Source: an uncultured Actinomycetes bacterium (GTDB taxonomy: Bacteria > Actinomycetota > Thermoleophilia > RBG-16-64-13). From it: DNA of 64,000 nt. A program made the translations under genes and the position numbers. The notes under the pieces were generated by a model, which had not been told where the DNA came from, searched no databases, and saw only the letters and a program-made list of their open reading frames with translations. Location of the stretch: the NCBI GenBank assembly GCA_963784835.1, contig CAWASM010000001.1, positions 200,926-264,925 of the forward strand, read 5' to 3'. The stretch's first letter is position 1. Every line of letters begins with the position of its first letter. Shown piece by piece: positions 40,238-50,042 of this stretch.

Positions 40238-41290
40238 TCAGCTCGCCTTCGCAGGAGCGGCGTCAACGAGGCCCCTAAGACCAAGGGCGAGCTCCTCCAG
40301 TTGCTCGACCTCGCTCTCGACCTGTCGAGTGCCAAGTACCGACTGCTTGCCGGCCTCGTCGATGTCCTGCATGGCCCGGCTGATCTGCTCCATGCCGGCC
40401 AGTTGCTGACGGCTCGTCGCTGAGATCTGCATTGTCGCATCTGCCGCTTTGTTCGCGACGATGACCCTTGCGCTGATGTTGGTCAGGGCGTTGTTGGCCT
40501 CGTTCCTGCCCATCTCGACGGCCTCCCGGCCCTGTTCCGCCGCCCGGACCACCATGCTGCTCGCCTTCTGGATCTCGCTGAGAACGCCCCGCACCTGCGT
40601 CACCGCGTGCTTGGATTGCTCTGCCAGGCTCTTGACTTCTTGGGCAACCACGGTGAAGCCCTTGCCGGCATCCCCGGCTTTGGCCGCCTCGATAGACGCG
40701 TTCACGGAGAGCAGGTTCGATTGCTCGGCGAGATCGTTGACAGTTGCGATGACATCTCCGACCGATAGGACTTCCTCGTTCAGCCGGTCGATCGCCTCGA
40801 CGACCAAGTCAACGTCGGCCTGTATCCGCTCGAAGTGGGCATAGTTCTTGTTCGCCGAATCCTCACCGAACTTGGAGGTCTCTACCACACTCCGTGACAG
40901 CTCCGACGCCTCAGAGGCCTTCTCCTCTGCGAGGATGGCCGTCTGCTTCACTTCCTCCACGGTTGCGGTCGTCTCGTTGGTCGCCGCCGAGGTCTGCGCG
41001 GCAGCCGCCGCTACCTGCGAGGCCACAGCGAGGAGCCGGGCCGTCGCGCTGCGAATGCTCTCGACGGCAGCCCTGAGCCTAAGCCGTACGACCCTGGTCA
41101 GAAAGGTCGTTGCGGTCGCGCCGATCGCCAGCGCGACAAACGCGACAGCCGTCATGACGAAGATCATGACGGTCGCCCCCTGGCTCAGATCGTTAGTCCC
41201 GGTCATCACGTAGATACCAGTTCCCACCACTACGACCAGCAGCACGAGCGTCGCAGTCAGCGCTACGGTCATCCGCCTCATGATCGACAT
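40238..41290 (-). CDS. methyl-accepting chemotaxis protein with a minimal (about 10-aa) extracytoplasmic loop
   Basis: 350-aa intact ORF. Two N-terminal TM helices, then an MA signalling domain (...[41 protein letters not shown]...). Confidence 0.85.
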   Translation of the reverse strand: MSIMRRMTVALTATLVLLVVVVGTGIYVMTGTNDLSQGATVMIFVMTAVAFVALAIGATATTFLTRVVRLRLRAAVESIRSATARLLAVASQVAAAAAQTSAATNETTATVEEVKQTAILAEEKASEASELSRSVVETSKFGEDSANKNYAHFERIQADVDLVVEAIDRLNEEVLSVGDVIATVNDLAEQSNLLSVNASIEAAKAGDAGKGFTVVAQEVKSLAEQSKHAVTQVRGVLSEIQKASSMVVRAAEQGREAVEMGRNEANNALTNISARVIVANKAADATMQISATSRQQLAGMEQISRAMQDIDEAGKQSVLGTRQVESEVEQLEELALGLRGLVDAAPAKAS

Positions 41291-41626
41291 CCCAGATCCC
41301 CTTATCTAGCTGCCCAGACGTCAGCTCGCTGTTCTGTGGATAGATATCGGCCGATACCGGGAGAGGTTTACTACTAAGTAGGAAACGTGTGGGCGATCAG
41401 CCGTTTCAGCGCTGGCTGGGTGGTTTGCGGCTCGCGAGGTCCCAAATGCTCTATGTTGAGAGAGCGTCCAAGGACAGACTGCGACGAGAAGTAAAGAATA
41501 TGATCTTCCCAGACGTTTTTGCAGAGTGAGTCACGTACGACGGAACGTGGAGGCGATCCGACGGTGCACGCCAGGACCATAGAAGCGCCAGGCAGACGGG
41601 CGGACCGAGGGGCTGATCAGGGAGGC

Positions 41627-42103
41627 ATGTGGCCGGTAGACTTCGACGCGGTCATTCAGGCTCACAGCGCCCCCCTCATACGCAGTCTGACGCTGATCAC
41701 CCTCGACGAGGGACTTGCCGAGGATGCGGCTCAAGAAGCTTTCCTCCAGCTCTATCTCCGCTGGCAGAATCTGGGGGAGGAGGCTCGCGTCCCTTGGCTA
41801 TATCGCGTGGCCATCAACCGGTGCAAGGACTACCGCCGGGCCGTGGGCAGAGCCGCTCGACTCGCTGGGCACCTCGCGGAAAGCCTCGAAAGGCGCGCTG
41901 TGGAATCCTGGACTCCTGACCCCGGGCTCGTCAACATCCTTCGGCCTCTACCAAAGCGCCAGCGCACTGCAGCCGCCCTCTTCTACCTGGGTGGCTTCTC
42001 CACCTCGGAGGTCGCAAGGACGATGGGTATCTCCGACGGCGCAGTCGGCAGCCATCTCCACAAGGCCCGAGAAGCACTGCGGAAGATCTTGGAGGAAGAG
42101 TAG
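41627..42103 (+). CDS. ECF-type sigma-70 family factor
   Basis: ATG at 41627 with GGGAGG upstream (the ORF is open from 41519). ...EDAAQEAFLQLYLRW...WLYRVAINRCKDYRR...LPKRQRTAAALFYLGGFSTSEVARTMGISDGAVGSHLHKAREAL. Confidence 0.85.
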   Translation: MWPVDFDAVIQAHSAPLIRSLTLITLDEGLAEDAAQEAFLQLYLRWQNLGEEARVPWLYRVAINRCKDYRRAVGRAARLAGHLAESLERRAVESWTPDPGLVNILRPLPKRQRTAAALFYLGGFSTSEVARTMGISDGAVGSHLHKAREALRKILEEE

Positions 42104-43331
42104 TGAACACGCTTGGAATAGATGACCGGCTGCGCGAGATCTATGGACGAAGCGCCCCGGTAGTCGATGAGGCTGCCTTTGAAGCGCGGCTGAGAAGGAG
42201 CACGAGCGCCGGCCGGGGGCGACCGTCCGCGCCCAAACACAGGAGCAGCCTGCGCGTCGCAGTCTATGCCTCCATCGCCGTTGTCCTCGTGGCCGCTGTG
42301 GCCGTTGGAAGCTTCGAGGCTGTGAAACACCTGGGGAAAGACCGAGCCATTCTCGTTATCGGCGGCGATACGACGAACACGACGGCCCCCGGTGCCTGGA
42401 CCGATATGAAGCCCGCCGGCGACGCGCCACCTAGTCGCAACGGCCACTCCATGGTCTACGACTCAGGCTCCGGCAAGGTGATCTTGTTTGGAGGACGCAA
42501 CGGCCTTGTCGATCTCAACGACACTTGGGGCTACGACCCCACCGCCAACAAGTGGACCAATCTCTCTCCCGCCGGCGACGTGCCGCCAGGACGCATGGGC
42601 CACTCTATGGTCTACGACCCGACCAGCGGCAATGTCATCCTGTTTGGCGGGCTCGGTGACAACATTTCCAACGACACCTGGGCCTACGATCCCACCGCCA
42701 ACACCTGGACCAACCTGCAGCCCCGTGGCGACGTGCCGCCGGCCCGCTACGGTCACGCCATGGTGTACGAGCCGAGCCAGCGGCAAGGTGATCCTGTTTG
42801 GAGGCACGAGCGGCGGCACCTTGGACGACACCTGGGCCTACGATCCCACCGCAAACACTTGGACCAACCTACAGCCTCGTGGCGACGTGCCGCCTGGGCG
42901 CCATGGTCACACCATGGTGTATGACCCGACCAGCGGCAAGGTGATCCTCTACGGAGGGGGTGACCAGCCTGGTAACGCCTTCACCGATACTTGGGCCTAC
43001 GACCCCGCTGCCAATACGTTGGACCAAGCTCGACCCCACCGGCGAGGTGCCGCCGGGGCGCGACTATCACTCCATGGTCTACGACTCGGGCGCCGACAGA
43101 CTGATTCTGTTCGGAGGGTGGAATGGCAGCATGGTCTTCAACGACACCTGGGCCTACGATCCGGCCTCCAACACTTGGTCCAAGCTCAACCCCGCCGGCG
43201 ACGTGCCGCCGGCACGAGACTATCTGTCCATGGTCTGCGACCCCGCCACTGGCAAGACCATCCTCTTCGGCGGGTTTGATGGTGTCACCCAGTCCGACGA
43301 CACCTGGGCCTACAGCAGCAACCTTCCATGA
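42103..43331 (+). CDS. single-pass membrane protein with six extracytoplasmic Kelch repeats; putative anti-sigma partner (two frame breaks)
   Basis: GTG overlaps the sigma stop. TM segment VAVYASIAVVLVAAVAVG, then a repeated unit GHSMVYD..SGKVILFGG....NDTWAYDPTANTWTNL.P.GDVPP.R spread over ORFs 42103..42924, 42488..43279 and 42960..43331. Confidence 0.75.
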
Positions 43332-43397
43332 GGGAACTGGGCTAGAGCACTCGAAGCCCGTCCAGCATCCCCCCGCCGCCCCCAAGAAGCAAGGGGC

Positions 43398-43638
43398 CCC
43401 CAGGGGCCACGAGCGCTCCCCCTGGTGGGAGGGTCGCCGAGGGGCGCGCGGGGTCTCCTCCTGAAGCGAGGGCCGCCGACGCGTGCGCGGGGTTTCCGAA
43501 CGGTTTGCGGACCTTCGCACCCAAAGTTGAGAAGACCCCGCGCACGCGTCGGCGACTACCGGTTTCAAGGCTGAGGAGACCCCGTGCGCCCCTGGGCCAC
43601 TATTGCGCGTCAAGTGGGAGCCCACGTGGCCCCTGGGG
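43398..43638. repeat. 241-bp nested imperfect palindrome (three conserved arm blocks around a centre near 43516)
   Basis: Paired blocks: 43398-43411/43625-43638 (14/14), 43440-43460/43574-43594 (20/21), 43475-43493/43535-43553 (19/19). Confidence 0.85.
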
Positions 43639-43645
43639 CAAGCGG

Positions 43646-44461
43646 TTACCCCCAGGAAGCCCCCAGATGCCCCACCCCCGCGGCAAACGCGTCGATAACC
43701 GTCATGCCGCCGTCGGCGATCACCGTCGCCCCGGTCATGAAACGCGAGTCGTCACCGGCCAGGAAGACGAACACGCCGGCGATATCGGCAGGGGTGCCGA
43801 TGCGATTCAGCGGCACGTTTGTAGCCACCAGGTCGAAGACTCCGTCCATGTCGGTGTTGAGGTGCTTTGTCAAGGGTATGAAGTTGCCCTCGAGCATGGT
43901 CGTGCGTATGGGACCCGGGCAGATCACGTTGCAGCGCACGTTGTACTTGCCGTAGTCCACAGCCACCTGCTTGGTGAGGTGGATCACCCCCGCCTTGGTG
44001 GCGCAGTAAGACGGGGCGCCGGGCGGGGCTACGACACCGGCCACAGAGGCGACGTTGATGATGGAGCCTCCCCCACCCTCGATCATCTTGGGGATAGCCG
44101 CTTTCATCATCAGAAACGGTCCCGTGAGATTGACCTCGAGCACCTCCCGCCAGATGGCGGGGTCCAGGTCGACCACAGGGGCGTTACTCTCGATCGCTGC
44201 GTTGTTCACGAGGATGTCCAGCTTGCCGTCGATGGCCATAGCCGCCTCGACCATGCGTTCGGCGTTTCCGTCCTCGCTGACGTCGCCGACGAATATCTTG
44301 ACGCTGCCGGCCGGCAGCGAGGCCGCCACCTTCTCCAGCATCTCCTTGCGGCGGCCGCTGATGAGGACCTTGGCCCCCTCGGCTACGAAGCGCTCGACCA
44401 CCCCCGCACCGATGCCCGTGCCACCTCCGGTGACAAGCGCGACTCTTCCCTCTAGTTGCAT
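43646..44461 (-). CDS. short-chain dehydrogenase/reductase (SDR)
   Basis: 271-aa intact ORF; TGGGTGIG, NNAA, S...YCATK. Confidence 0.9.
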   Translation of the reverse strand: MQLEGRVALVTGGGTGIGAGVVERFVAEGAKVLISGRRKEMLEKVAASLPAGSVKIFVGDVSEDGNAERMVEAAMAIDGKLDILVNNAAIESNAPVVDLDPAIWREVLEVNLTGPFLMMKAAIPKMIEGGGGSIINVASVAGVVAPPGAPSYCATKAGVIHLTKQVAVDYGKYNVRCNVICPGPIRTTMLEGNFIPLTKHLNTDMDGVFDLVATNVPLNRIGTPADIAGVFVFLAGDDSRFMTGATVIADGGMTVIDAFAAGVGHLGASWG

Positions 44462-44473
44462 GGCGACGCCTCC

Positions 44474-45400
44474 TTACGCTTTGGGCGGGTCGCCGTCGTA
44501 CCCGCCGGTGGGACTCAGAAAGATCTTGCCGGGCTCGCCCGGCAGCGGAGTGAACCAGTCGGGACAGTGCTTCGGGAAGAGCAGCCTGGCCTGCCAATGG
44601 AGGGCGAAGTCCTCGGCCTTGACGTCGGCGTAGTGCTTGTTCATGCGCTCGACCAGGTCGGCGCCGTCCTTGGCCTTGTTGTAGGCCTCCTCGTACACGT
44701 CCAGGTAGCGCACCGACCAGTCGACGCAGTCGGTGTAGGTGCGCTTCTTGTCTTCCTGGACCTCCTCGAGGATCTTGAGCTTGGCCTCGTCGTGGTGTCC
44801 GGGGATGACGATGCGGGCACCGAAGTCCTTCAATCTTTGGATGTCCTCGCGCCACTTCACCCGGCGCTCCACGTTGCTCTCGATGGGCCACAGGTTGCAG
44901 TCGTGGAAGGCGACATCGGTGGCACACGCCACCCCGATGGACGGCACCCACACCACGGAGTTGTTGATGCTGTCGCCCTCCCAGCCATCCGAGAACAGCA
45001 ATTCTTCGCCTTCCAGCTCGAGCCGGGGCTCGTGCATGGGCATGGGGATGGTGGTCTTGCTGGGGATGTCGGGACCGAAGCGGTCGATGGCCCACATGTC
45101 CACCTTGTCGCTGGAGGTGAAGACCACGTCCTTGACCACGCTGGGCAGGGCCACGATCTTGGCCTGGGGGAAGGCGTTCGCGAGGACACCCAGCCCGAAG
45201 TGGTGGTCGGGGTGGAAGTGCGAGACGTAGATGTGGGTGAGGTTCTTCCGCATGGGGATGAGCTGAGCGACCATCTTGTGGGTGTCGCTCAGAAGCTGGG
45301 AAGCATCGATGAGGATGGCATCCCTCTCGCCGTAGAACAGCGTGGAGTTGCTGTTAAAGCCCAGGTAGCTGTGCAGAAACACCCTGTACTTCAGAGACAC
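44474..45400 (-). CDS. metallo-beta-lactamase-fold hydrolase
   Basis: 308-aa intact ORF with SHFHPDHHFG (HxHxDH). Confidence 0.85.
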   Translation of the reverse strand: MSLKYRVFLHSYLGFNSNSTLFYGERDAILIDASQLLSDTHKMVAQLIPMRKNLTHIYVSHFHPDHHFGLGVLANAFPQAKIVALPSVVKDVVFTSSDKVDMWAIDRFGPDIPSKTTIPMPMHEPRLELEGEELLFSDGWEGDSINNSVVWVPSIGVACATDVAFHDCNLWPIESNVERRVKWREDIQRLKDFGARIVIPGHHDEAKLKILEEVQEDKKRTYTDCVDWSVRYLDVYEEAYNKAKDGADLVERMNKHYADVKAEDFALHWQARLLFPKHCPDWFTPLPGEPGKIFLSPTGGYDGDPPKA

Positions 45401-45419
45401 GACGACTCCCTTCCCAGCC

Positions 45420-46269
45420 CTAGCCGCGGCGCGAGTAGCCTAGAAAGGCCGAGATGGCCGCGGCCGACGCCTTGACGTCCTCTGCGTAGGCCTTCTTCTC
45501 CTTGGGTCCGAAACGTCCGGTGGGGACGATGACGGAGATGGCCGCCACCACAATGCCCAGTTGGTCGCGCACGGGCGCTGCCACCGCGCAGGTGCCGATG
45601 TTGCGCTCCTCCAGGTCGAACGCCACCCCGGCGCTCGCCACCCTGCCCAGCTCTTCGGCCAGGGCCTTGGGCTCGCTGATCGTGTTGGGAGTCAGCTGAG
45701 GATGAGGGCTGTCGAGGATGCCTTCCCTCTCCGCGCCGGACTTGAAAGCCGCGAAGACCTTGCCGTTGGCGCTGGCGGTGTCGCCGATGATCCGTCCCAC
45801 TGCGACCTCCCGGCGGAGAGGGCCGAGGCGTGTCGACCATGTCGACGCTCACCGCGACCCCGTCGACCTCCATGGCCAGGGTGGCCGCCTCGCCTGTCTT
45901 CTCCGTGAGTTCCTGCAGATAAGGGCGGACGATAGCCGCCATCTCGGCATAGCCATCCGACAGATAGGTGGAGGAGAGCAACGCCGGGCCCAGATGATAC
46001 CGGTTGGTCACCGAGTCGCGCACCAGGTACCAAGCCGATTCCATCGTCCGGATCATCCGGTAGGCGGTCATCCGGGGAAGGCCGGCCCGTTCCGCGATCT
46101 CATCCAGCGTCCACTCGCGGTTCTCCGCGTCGAAGAGCGAGAGTATGGATAGCCCCTTGGCAAGGGCGCGCACCATGAAGGCGCTGTCCCCACCGTTGGC
46201 GGACTTCGCACGTTGTTCTGCCTTTTCTGCCGCACCGGCCATGTCGCCCACTTCCCCCAAATCACTCAA
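45420..46269 (-). CDS. IclR-family transcriptional regulator (one frame break near 45810)
   Basis: N-terminus in ORF 45391..46269 (...FMVRALAKGLSILSLFDAENREWTLDEIAERAGLPRMTAYRMIRTM...). C-terminus in ORF 45420..45800 (...GTCAVAAPVRDQLGIVVAAISVIVPTGRFGPKE...). Confidence 0.85.
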
Positions 46270-46270
46270 C

Positions 46271-47059
46271 TCACACGAACGCCATAGTACCGCCGTCGGG
46301 ATACAGGATAGTACCCGTGACGAAATCGGAAGCCGCCGAAGCCAAGAACACCGCCGGCCCGATAAGGTCTTCCACCGTGCCCATGCGCCCCATGGGGATG
46401 TTGTTGAGCACCCTCTCGTAGCGGCCCGGATCCTGCTTGACGGTCTCCGCGGTCATCGGCGTCAGGGTGATGATGGGGCCGAGAGCGTTGACCTGCACGT
46501 TCTTCGAGGCCAGCTCCACGGCCATCTGCTTGGTGATCATGTCCACGGCGCCTTTGGTCGCGGTGTAGCCGAGGTTCCCGCCCAGCGCGCCACGCTGTCC
46601 CCTTATAGACGACATGTTGATGATCTTGCCGCCCCCTTGCTCGACCATGTGCTTCGCGAAGTGCTTGCAGCACAGCATGACTCCACGCACGTTCACGTTG
46701 AAGAGCTTGTCCCAAGCGTCCAGGGGGAACTCAGTCGCCGCCGCCTTGATGTTGAAGCCTTGGGCGTGCAGCACCACGTGGACCCGCTGCATGTCGCGGA
46801 CTGCGTTTCCCACGATCTCCTCGACGTTCTTCTCTTGGTCCTGGCCGGCCACGACCGGATAGGCGAAGGGCTTCTGCCCCGTGGCGGCCTCTATCTCCGC
46901 GGCCGCGTCCGCCGTGGCCTCGATATTGATGTCGGCGATGGCGACCCGCGCCCCATAGGTGATGAATCCTTGGGCCAGGCCGCGGCCTATGCCTCCGGCG
47001 CCGCCGACCACAACGATGTTCTTGCCCTTCAGTGAGAACAGGTCAGTGCGCACTTCCAT
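46271..47059 (-). CDS. short-chain dehydrogenase/reductase (SDR)
   Basis: 262-aa intact ORF; VGGAGGIG, YTATK. Confidence 0.9.
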   Translation of the reverse strand: MEVRTDLFSLKGKNIVVVGGAGGIGRGLAQGFITYGARVAIADINIEATADAAAEIEAATGQKPFAYPVVAGQDQEKNVEEIVGNAVRDMQRVHVVLHAQGFNIKAAATEFPLDAWDKLFNVNVRGVMLCCKHFAKHMVEQGGGKIINMSSIRGQRGALGGNLGYTATKGAVDMITKQMAVELASKNVQVNALGPIITLTPMTAETVKQDPGRYERVLNNIPMGRMGTVEDLIGPAVFLASAASDFVTGTILYPDGGTMAFV

Positions 47060-47104
47060 GTCGTCTCACCATCCTTTCTATCTCTTGACGATTGAACGAC
47101 CGCA

Positions 47105-47944
47105 TCAGACCTTCTTGGCGAGGCCCAGGATCTCGCGCGTTTCTGCGGCGTTGGCAATCTCGCGACCAGCGAGTCTGCCGAGTTCGACCGCACGGGCCAC
47201 AAGCTGCGGGTTGGTGGCCAACACGCCCTTCTCGAAGAAGATGTTGTCTTCAAGACCCACTCTCAAGCCATTGCAGCCCTCGGCGAGGCCGATGAGCATG
47301 CAGGACATGTGGTCTTTGCCGATGCCCGTGATGGACCACGTGGAATCGGCCGGGATCTTGGGAAGCAGGTAGGCAACGGACTCGGCGGTGCCGGGCATGC
47401 CACCGGGAACGCCGAGCACGAACTGACAATGGACCGGGGTCTTGAGAAAGCCCCTCTTGATGTAGTGATTCATGTTGCCGATCATGCCGGCGTCGAATAT
47501 CTCGAGTTCGGGCTTGACGCCCAGCTCCTGCGTGAGCGTGCCCAGCTCTTCCAGGAACTTGGGCTCATTGAGGAACACGTAGCTGTTCGCCCAGTTCATC
47601 GTGCCGGGGTCATAGGAGCACATCTCAGGCTTGACAACATCAAGGTGGCTCATGCGCTGCTCGTAGCTGAACTTGGAACCAGAGGTGGTGACGTTGATCA
47701 CCACATCAAGCCCCGCTTGGGCCACTTTCTCCCGTATCTTGCCGACCACTTCCACGAAGATGTCTTTGTCCATGATGTTGAGGCCCTTGGCGTCTCGCAC
47801 ATGGACATGGAGTATGGAGGCCCCGGCCTTCACGCACTCGAGACCGTCCGCTGCGATCTCGTCGGGCGTGATCGGGACGTGGGGGTTCTGTTCTTTGGTG
47901 GTACCCACTCCGCAGAGGGCGCAGGTGATGATCAGTTTGCTCAT
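47105..47944 (-). CDS. beta-keto acid cleavage enzyme (BKACE/DUF849, 3-keto-5-aminohexanoate cleavage enzyme family)
   Basis: 279-aa intact ORF MSKLIITCALCGVGTTKEQNPHVPITPDEIA...ASILHVHVRD... Confidence 0.85.
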   Translation of the reverse strand: MSKLIITCALCGVGTTKEQNPHVPITPDEIAADGLECVKAGASILHVHVRDAKGLNIMDKDIFVEVVGKIREKVAQAGLDVVINVTTSGSKFSYEQRMSHLDVVKPEMCSYDPGTMNWANSYVFLNEPKFLEELGTLTQELGVKPELEIFDAGMIGNMNHYIKRGFLKTPVHCQFVLGVPGGMPGTAESVAYLLPKIPADSTWSITGIGKDHMSCMLIGLAEGCNGLRVGLEDNIFFEKGVLATNPQLVARAVELGRLAGREIANAAETREILGLAKKV

Positions 47945-47988
47945 GTCAGATCGCTCTCCTTGTCAAAGCCCAGCTTCGATCTCAGGGG

Positions 47989-48948
47989 TCAGATGCGTTT
48001 GTAGATGAGGTCTTTGACATCCTCGAACACTTTGATCATGGCAGCGTCGCGCTCTCTGAGCACCTGCTCGAGCGGACGGTCGCTGTAGTCGAAGAAGCCC
48101 TTGCCGGACTTGACCCCCAGGTCGCCCTTGTCCATGAGCTCCACCAGGCTCTTGGGTTGGTTGTCTATTGGAGCCTCCACGAAGTCCTTGTTCTGCAGAT
48201 TGCCGTAGCTCAGATCGATGCCGGTGAAGTCATAGCGCTGGACAAATCCCAGCACCATCGCACGAGGGATGATGCTGGCCTTCACCGCCAGATCGAGCTG
48301 TTCGGCGGTCATGTAGCCGTTGTCGAGCAGGAAGAAGATCTCCCGGCCGATGATGCGCAAGAAGCGGTTGATGCAGAAGCCGGGCACGAACTTCTCAAGC
48401 ACAGTCGGCACCCGGTCCACCTTCTTAAGCATCTCCACCATGAAGTCCACGGTCGCCTGATCCGTATGGGGACCCTTGACCACTTCCACCAGCGGGACGA
48501 TATGCGGAGGAGCGAACCAATGGGCGATGACGGTCCGGGGCAGTCGCGCAGCCGGCATGGCCTCGAATATGTTGAGGTAGGAGGTGTTGCTGGTTAGGAC
48601 GGTCCGCTCCGGACAGATGGCGTCCAAGGCTTCGTAGAGCTCCTTCTTGGCGTCCATCTTCTCGGTGATGCTCTCTATAACCAGATCGGCTTCCAGGCCT
48701 GCTTCTTCCACCGACTGGGTGGGCGCGATCCTGGCAAGCACTCCGGGCACCACGCTCGCGGCCAGCAGCCCCTGTTCCACGAAGGTGGCCAGGTTGGTCT
48801 TGACCACCGACATCGCCTTCTCGAGCGTCTCGGCTTTGCGCGAGTACACGGCCACGTCATACCCGGCAGCCGCGAACACCTGGGCCAGGCCCGGGCCCAT
48901 CGTGCCTGCCCCGAAGACAGCGACCTTCTTGACGTCTGCTGCTTTCAC
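47989..48948 (-). CDS. 3-hydroxyacyl-CoA dehydrogenase-family NAD-binding dehydrogenase
   Basis: GTG at 48948 with AGGAG 8 nt upstream (the ORF is open to 49038). VKAADVKKVAVFGAGTMGPGLAQVFAAAGYDV... Confidence 0.85.
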   Translation of the reverse strand: MKAADVKKVAVFGAGTMGPGLAQVFAAAGYDVAVYSRKAETLEKAMSVVKTNLATFVEQGLLAASVVPGVLARIAPTQSVEEAGLEADLVIESITEKMDAKKELYEALDAICPERTVLTSNTSYLNIFEAMPAARLPRTVIAHWFAPPHIVPLVEVVKGPHTDQATVDFMVEMLKKVDRVPTVLEKFVPGFCINRFLRIIGREIFFLLDNGYMTAEQLDLAVKASIIPRAMVLGFVQRYDFTGIDLSYGNLQNKDFVEAPIDNQPKSLVELMDKGDLGVKSGKGFFDYSDRPLEQVLRERDAAMIKVFEDVKDLIYKRI

Positions 48949-49073
48949 GAGGATGCTCCTGTCATGGTATGAGCATACCGCCTTGTATATTTGATGATTT
49001 CGGTACTGGCACAATCGTAGTACAGGAACGGTGCTCATTCAATGACCTATCTTGCAAATCGGCCCTTCCTTGT

Positions 49074-49115
49074 CTACGATATGGGAGATATTGTGGAGTA
49101 ATATCGAGATATCGG
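49074..49115. promoter_or_regulatory. AT-rich operator-like repeats in the divergent promoter between the dehydrogenase/BKACE operon and the FeS-NrfD-Mo operon
   Basis: CGATATGGGAGATATTGTGGAGTAATATCGAGATATCGG. GATATT-N7-AATATC inverted repeat plus a direct ATATCG repeat. Shares GATATTGT-N4-TAATA with 35727-35744. Confidence 0.4.
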
Positions 49116-49252
49116 AACCGTCTTTCTGTCCAGGCCGGCTTTGTCACCGCGGGCTGCATAACGCGGTAAGATGCCGGACACCCTTCGAGACAAGGGGAGA
49201 GCATGATTGCTATGTCTGAACCGTCGGGGTACGACGAAGGGAGATTCGAGTC

Positions 49253-50026
49253 ATGAGATGGGGCATGGTCATCAACCTTGCCAAGTGCACCAGGTGCCAC
49301 GCATGCGTGGCCGCATGCAGGATCGAGCATTTCCTGCCTCTCAGAGTCACTTGGCCGCGGTTGATCGCTCTTGAGACTGACGACGGCATCAGCGTCGACG
49401 TCTCCACCTATCCGGTCAGGTGCAACCAGTGCAAAGAGGCGCCGTGCGTGGATGCTTGCCCCACTGAGGCTTCCCACAAGCGCGAAGACGGCATCGTCGC
49501 CATCGACTCCGACAAGTGCTTCGGCTGCCGGTACTGTGTCATCGCCTGCCCGTACCAGAATCGCACCTACCTCTCCAGGAAGAGGGATCCTGGCTACTTC
49601 CCCGGCCATGCGGAGACTGAGTTCGAGAAGAAGGGCGACAAGATCTATCCGCACCAGCGAGGCACCACCGAGAAGTGCAACTTCTGCATGGAGCGCATCG
49701 ACGCCGGCATGGCCAAGGGACTCAAGCCGGGCACCGACCGCGACGCTACTCCCGCCTGTGTGAACATCTGCCAGGCCAGGGCCCTCACCTTTGGTGACCT
49801 TGACGATCCCAACAGCGAAGTGTCCAAGCTCATCCGGGACAAGAGCGGGTTTGTGCTCCACGCCGAATACGGCACCGAGCCCTCCGTCTACTACATCGAC
49901 TACAAGCTGGGCGGCGCCCCCTCTAACAAGGCTCCGGTAGAAGCGCAGACCGGCAGCCACATGCAGCACTTGAGCACCGTCTACGCTCCGAGCAAGCCCA
50001 AACTCGCCAAGAAGAACGCGGACTAG
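49253..50026 (+). CDS. 4Fe-4S ferredoxin-type subunit (DmsB/PsrB-like)
   Basis: 257-aa intact ORF with four Cys clusters (CTRCHACVAAC, CNQCKEAPC, CFGCRYCVIACP, CNFC...C). Confidence 0.9.
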   Translation: MRWGMVINLAKCTRCHACVAACRIEHFLPLRVTWPRLIALETDDGISVDVSTYPVRCNQCKEAPCVDACPTEASHKREDGIVAIDSDKCFGCRYCVIACPYQNRTYLSRKRDPGYFPGHAETEFEKKGDKIYPHQRGTTEKCNFCMERIDAGMAKGLKPGTDRDATPACVNICQARALTFGDLDDPNSEVSKLIRDKSGFVLHAEYGTEPSVYYIDYKLGGAPSNKAPVEAQTGSHMQHLSTVYAPSKPKLAKKNAD

Positions 50027-50042
50027 GTAGGGGAGTGGCCAC

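Noticed and set aside
43342-43545. Small ORFs (67 aa on the minus strand; tails of 43123..43464 and 43505..44455 on the plus strand) inside the 241-bp palindrome
   Set aside because: Low-complexity Gly/Pro/Arg/Ala products with no RBS. They mirror each other because of the inverted repeat and are by-products of the sequence symmetry.
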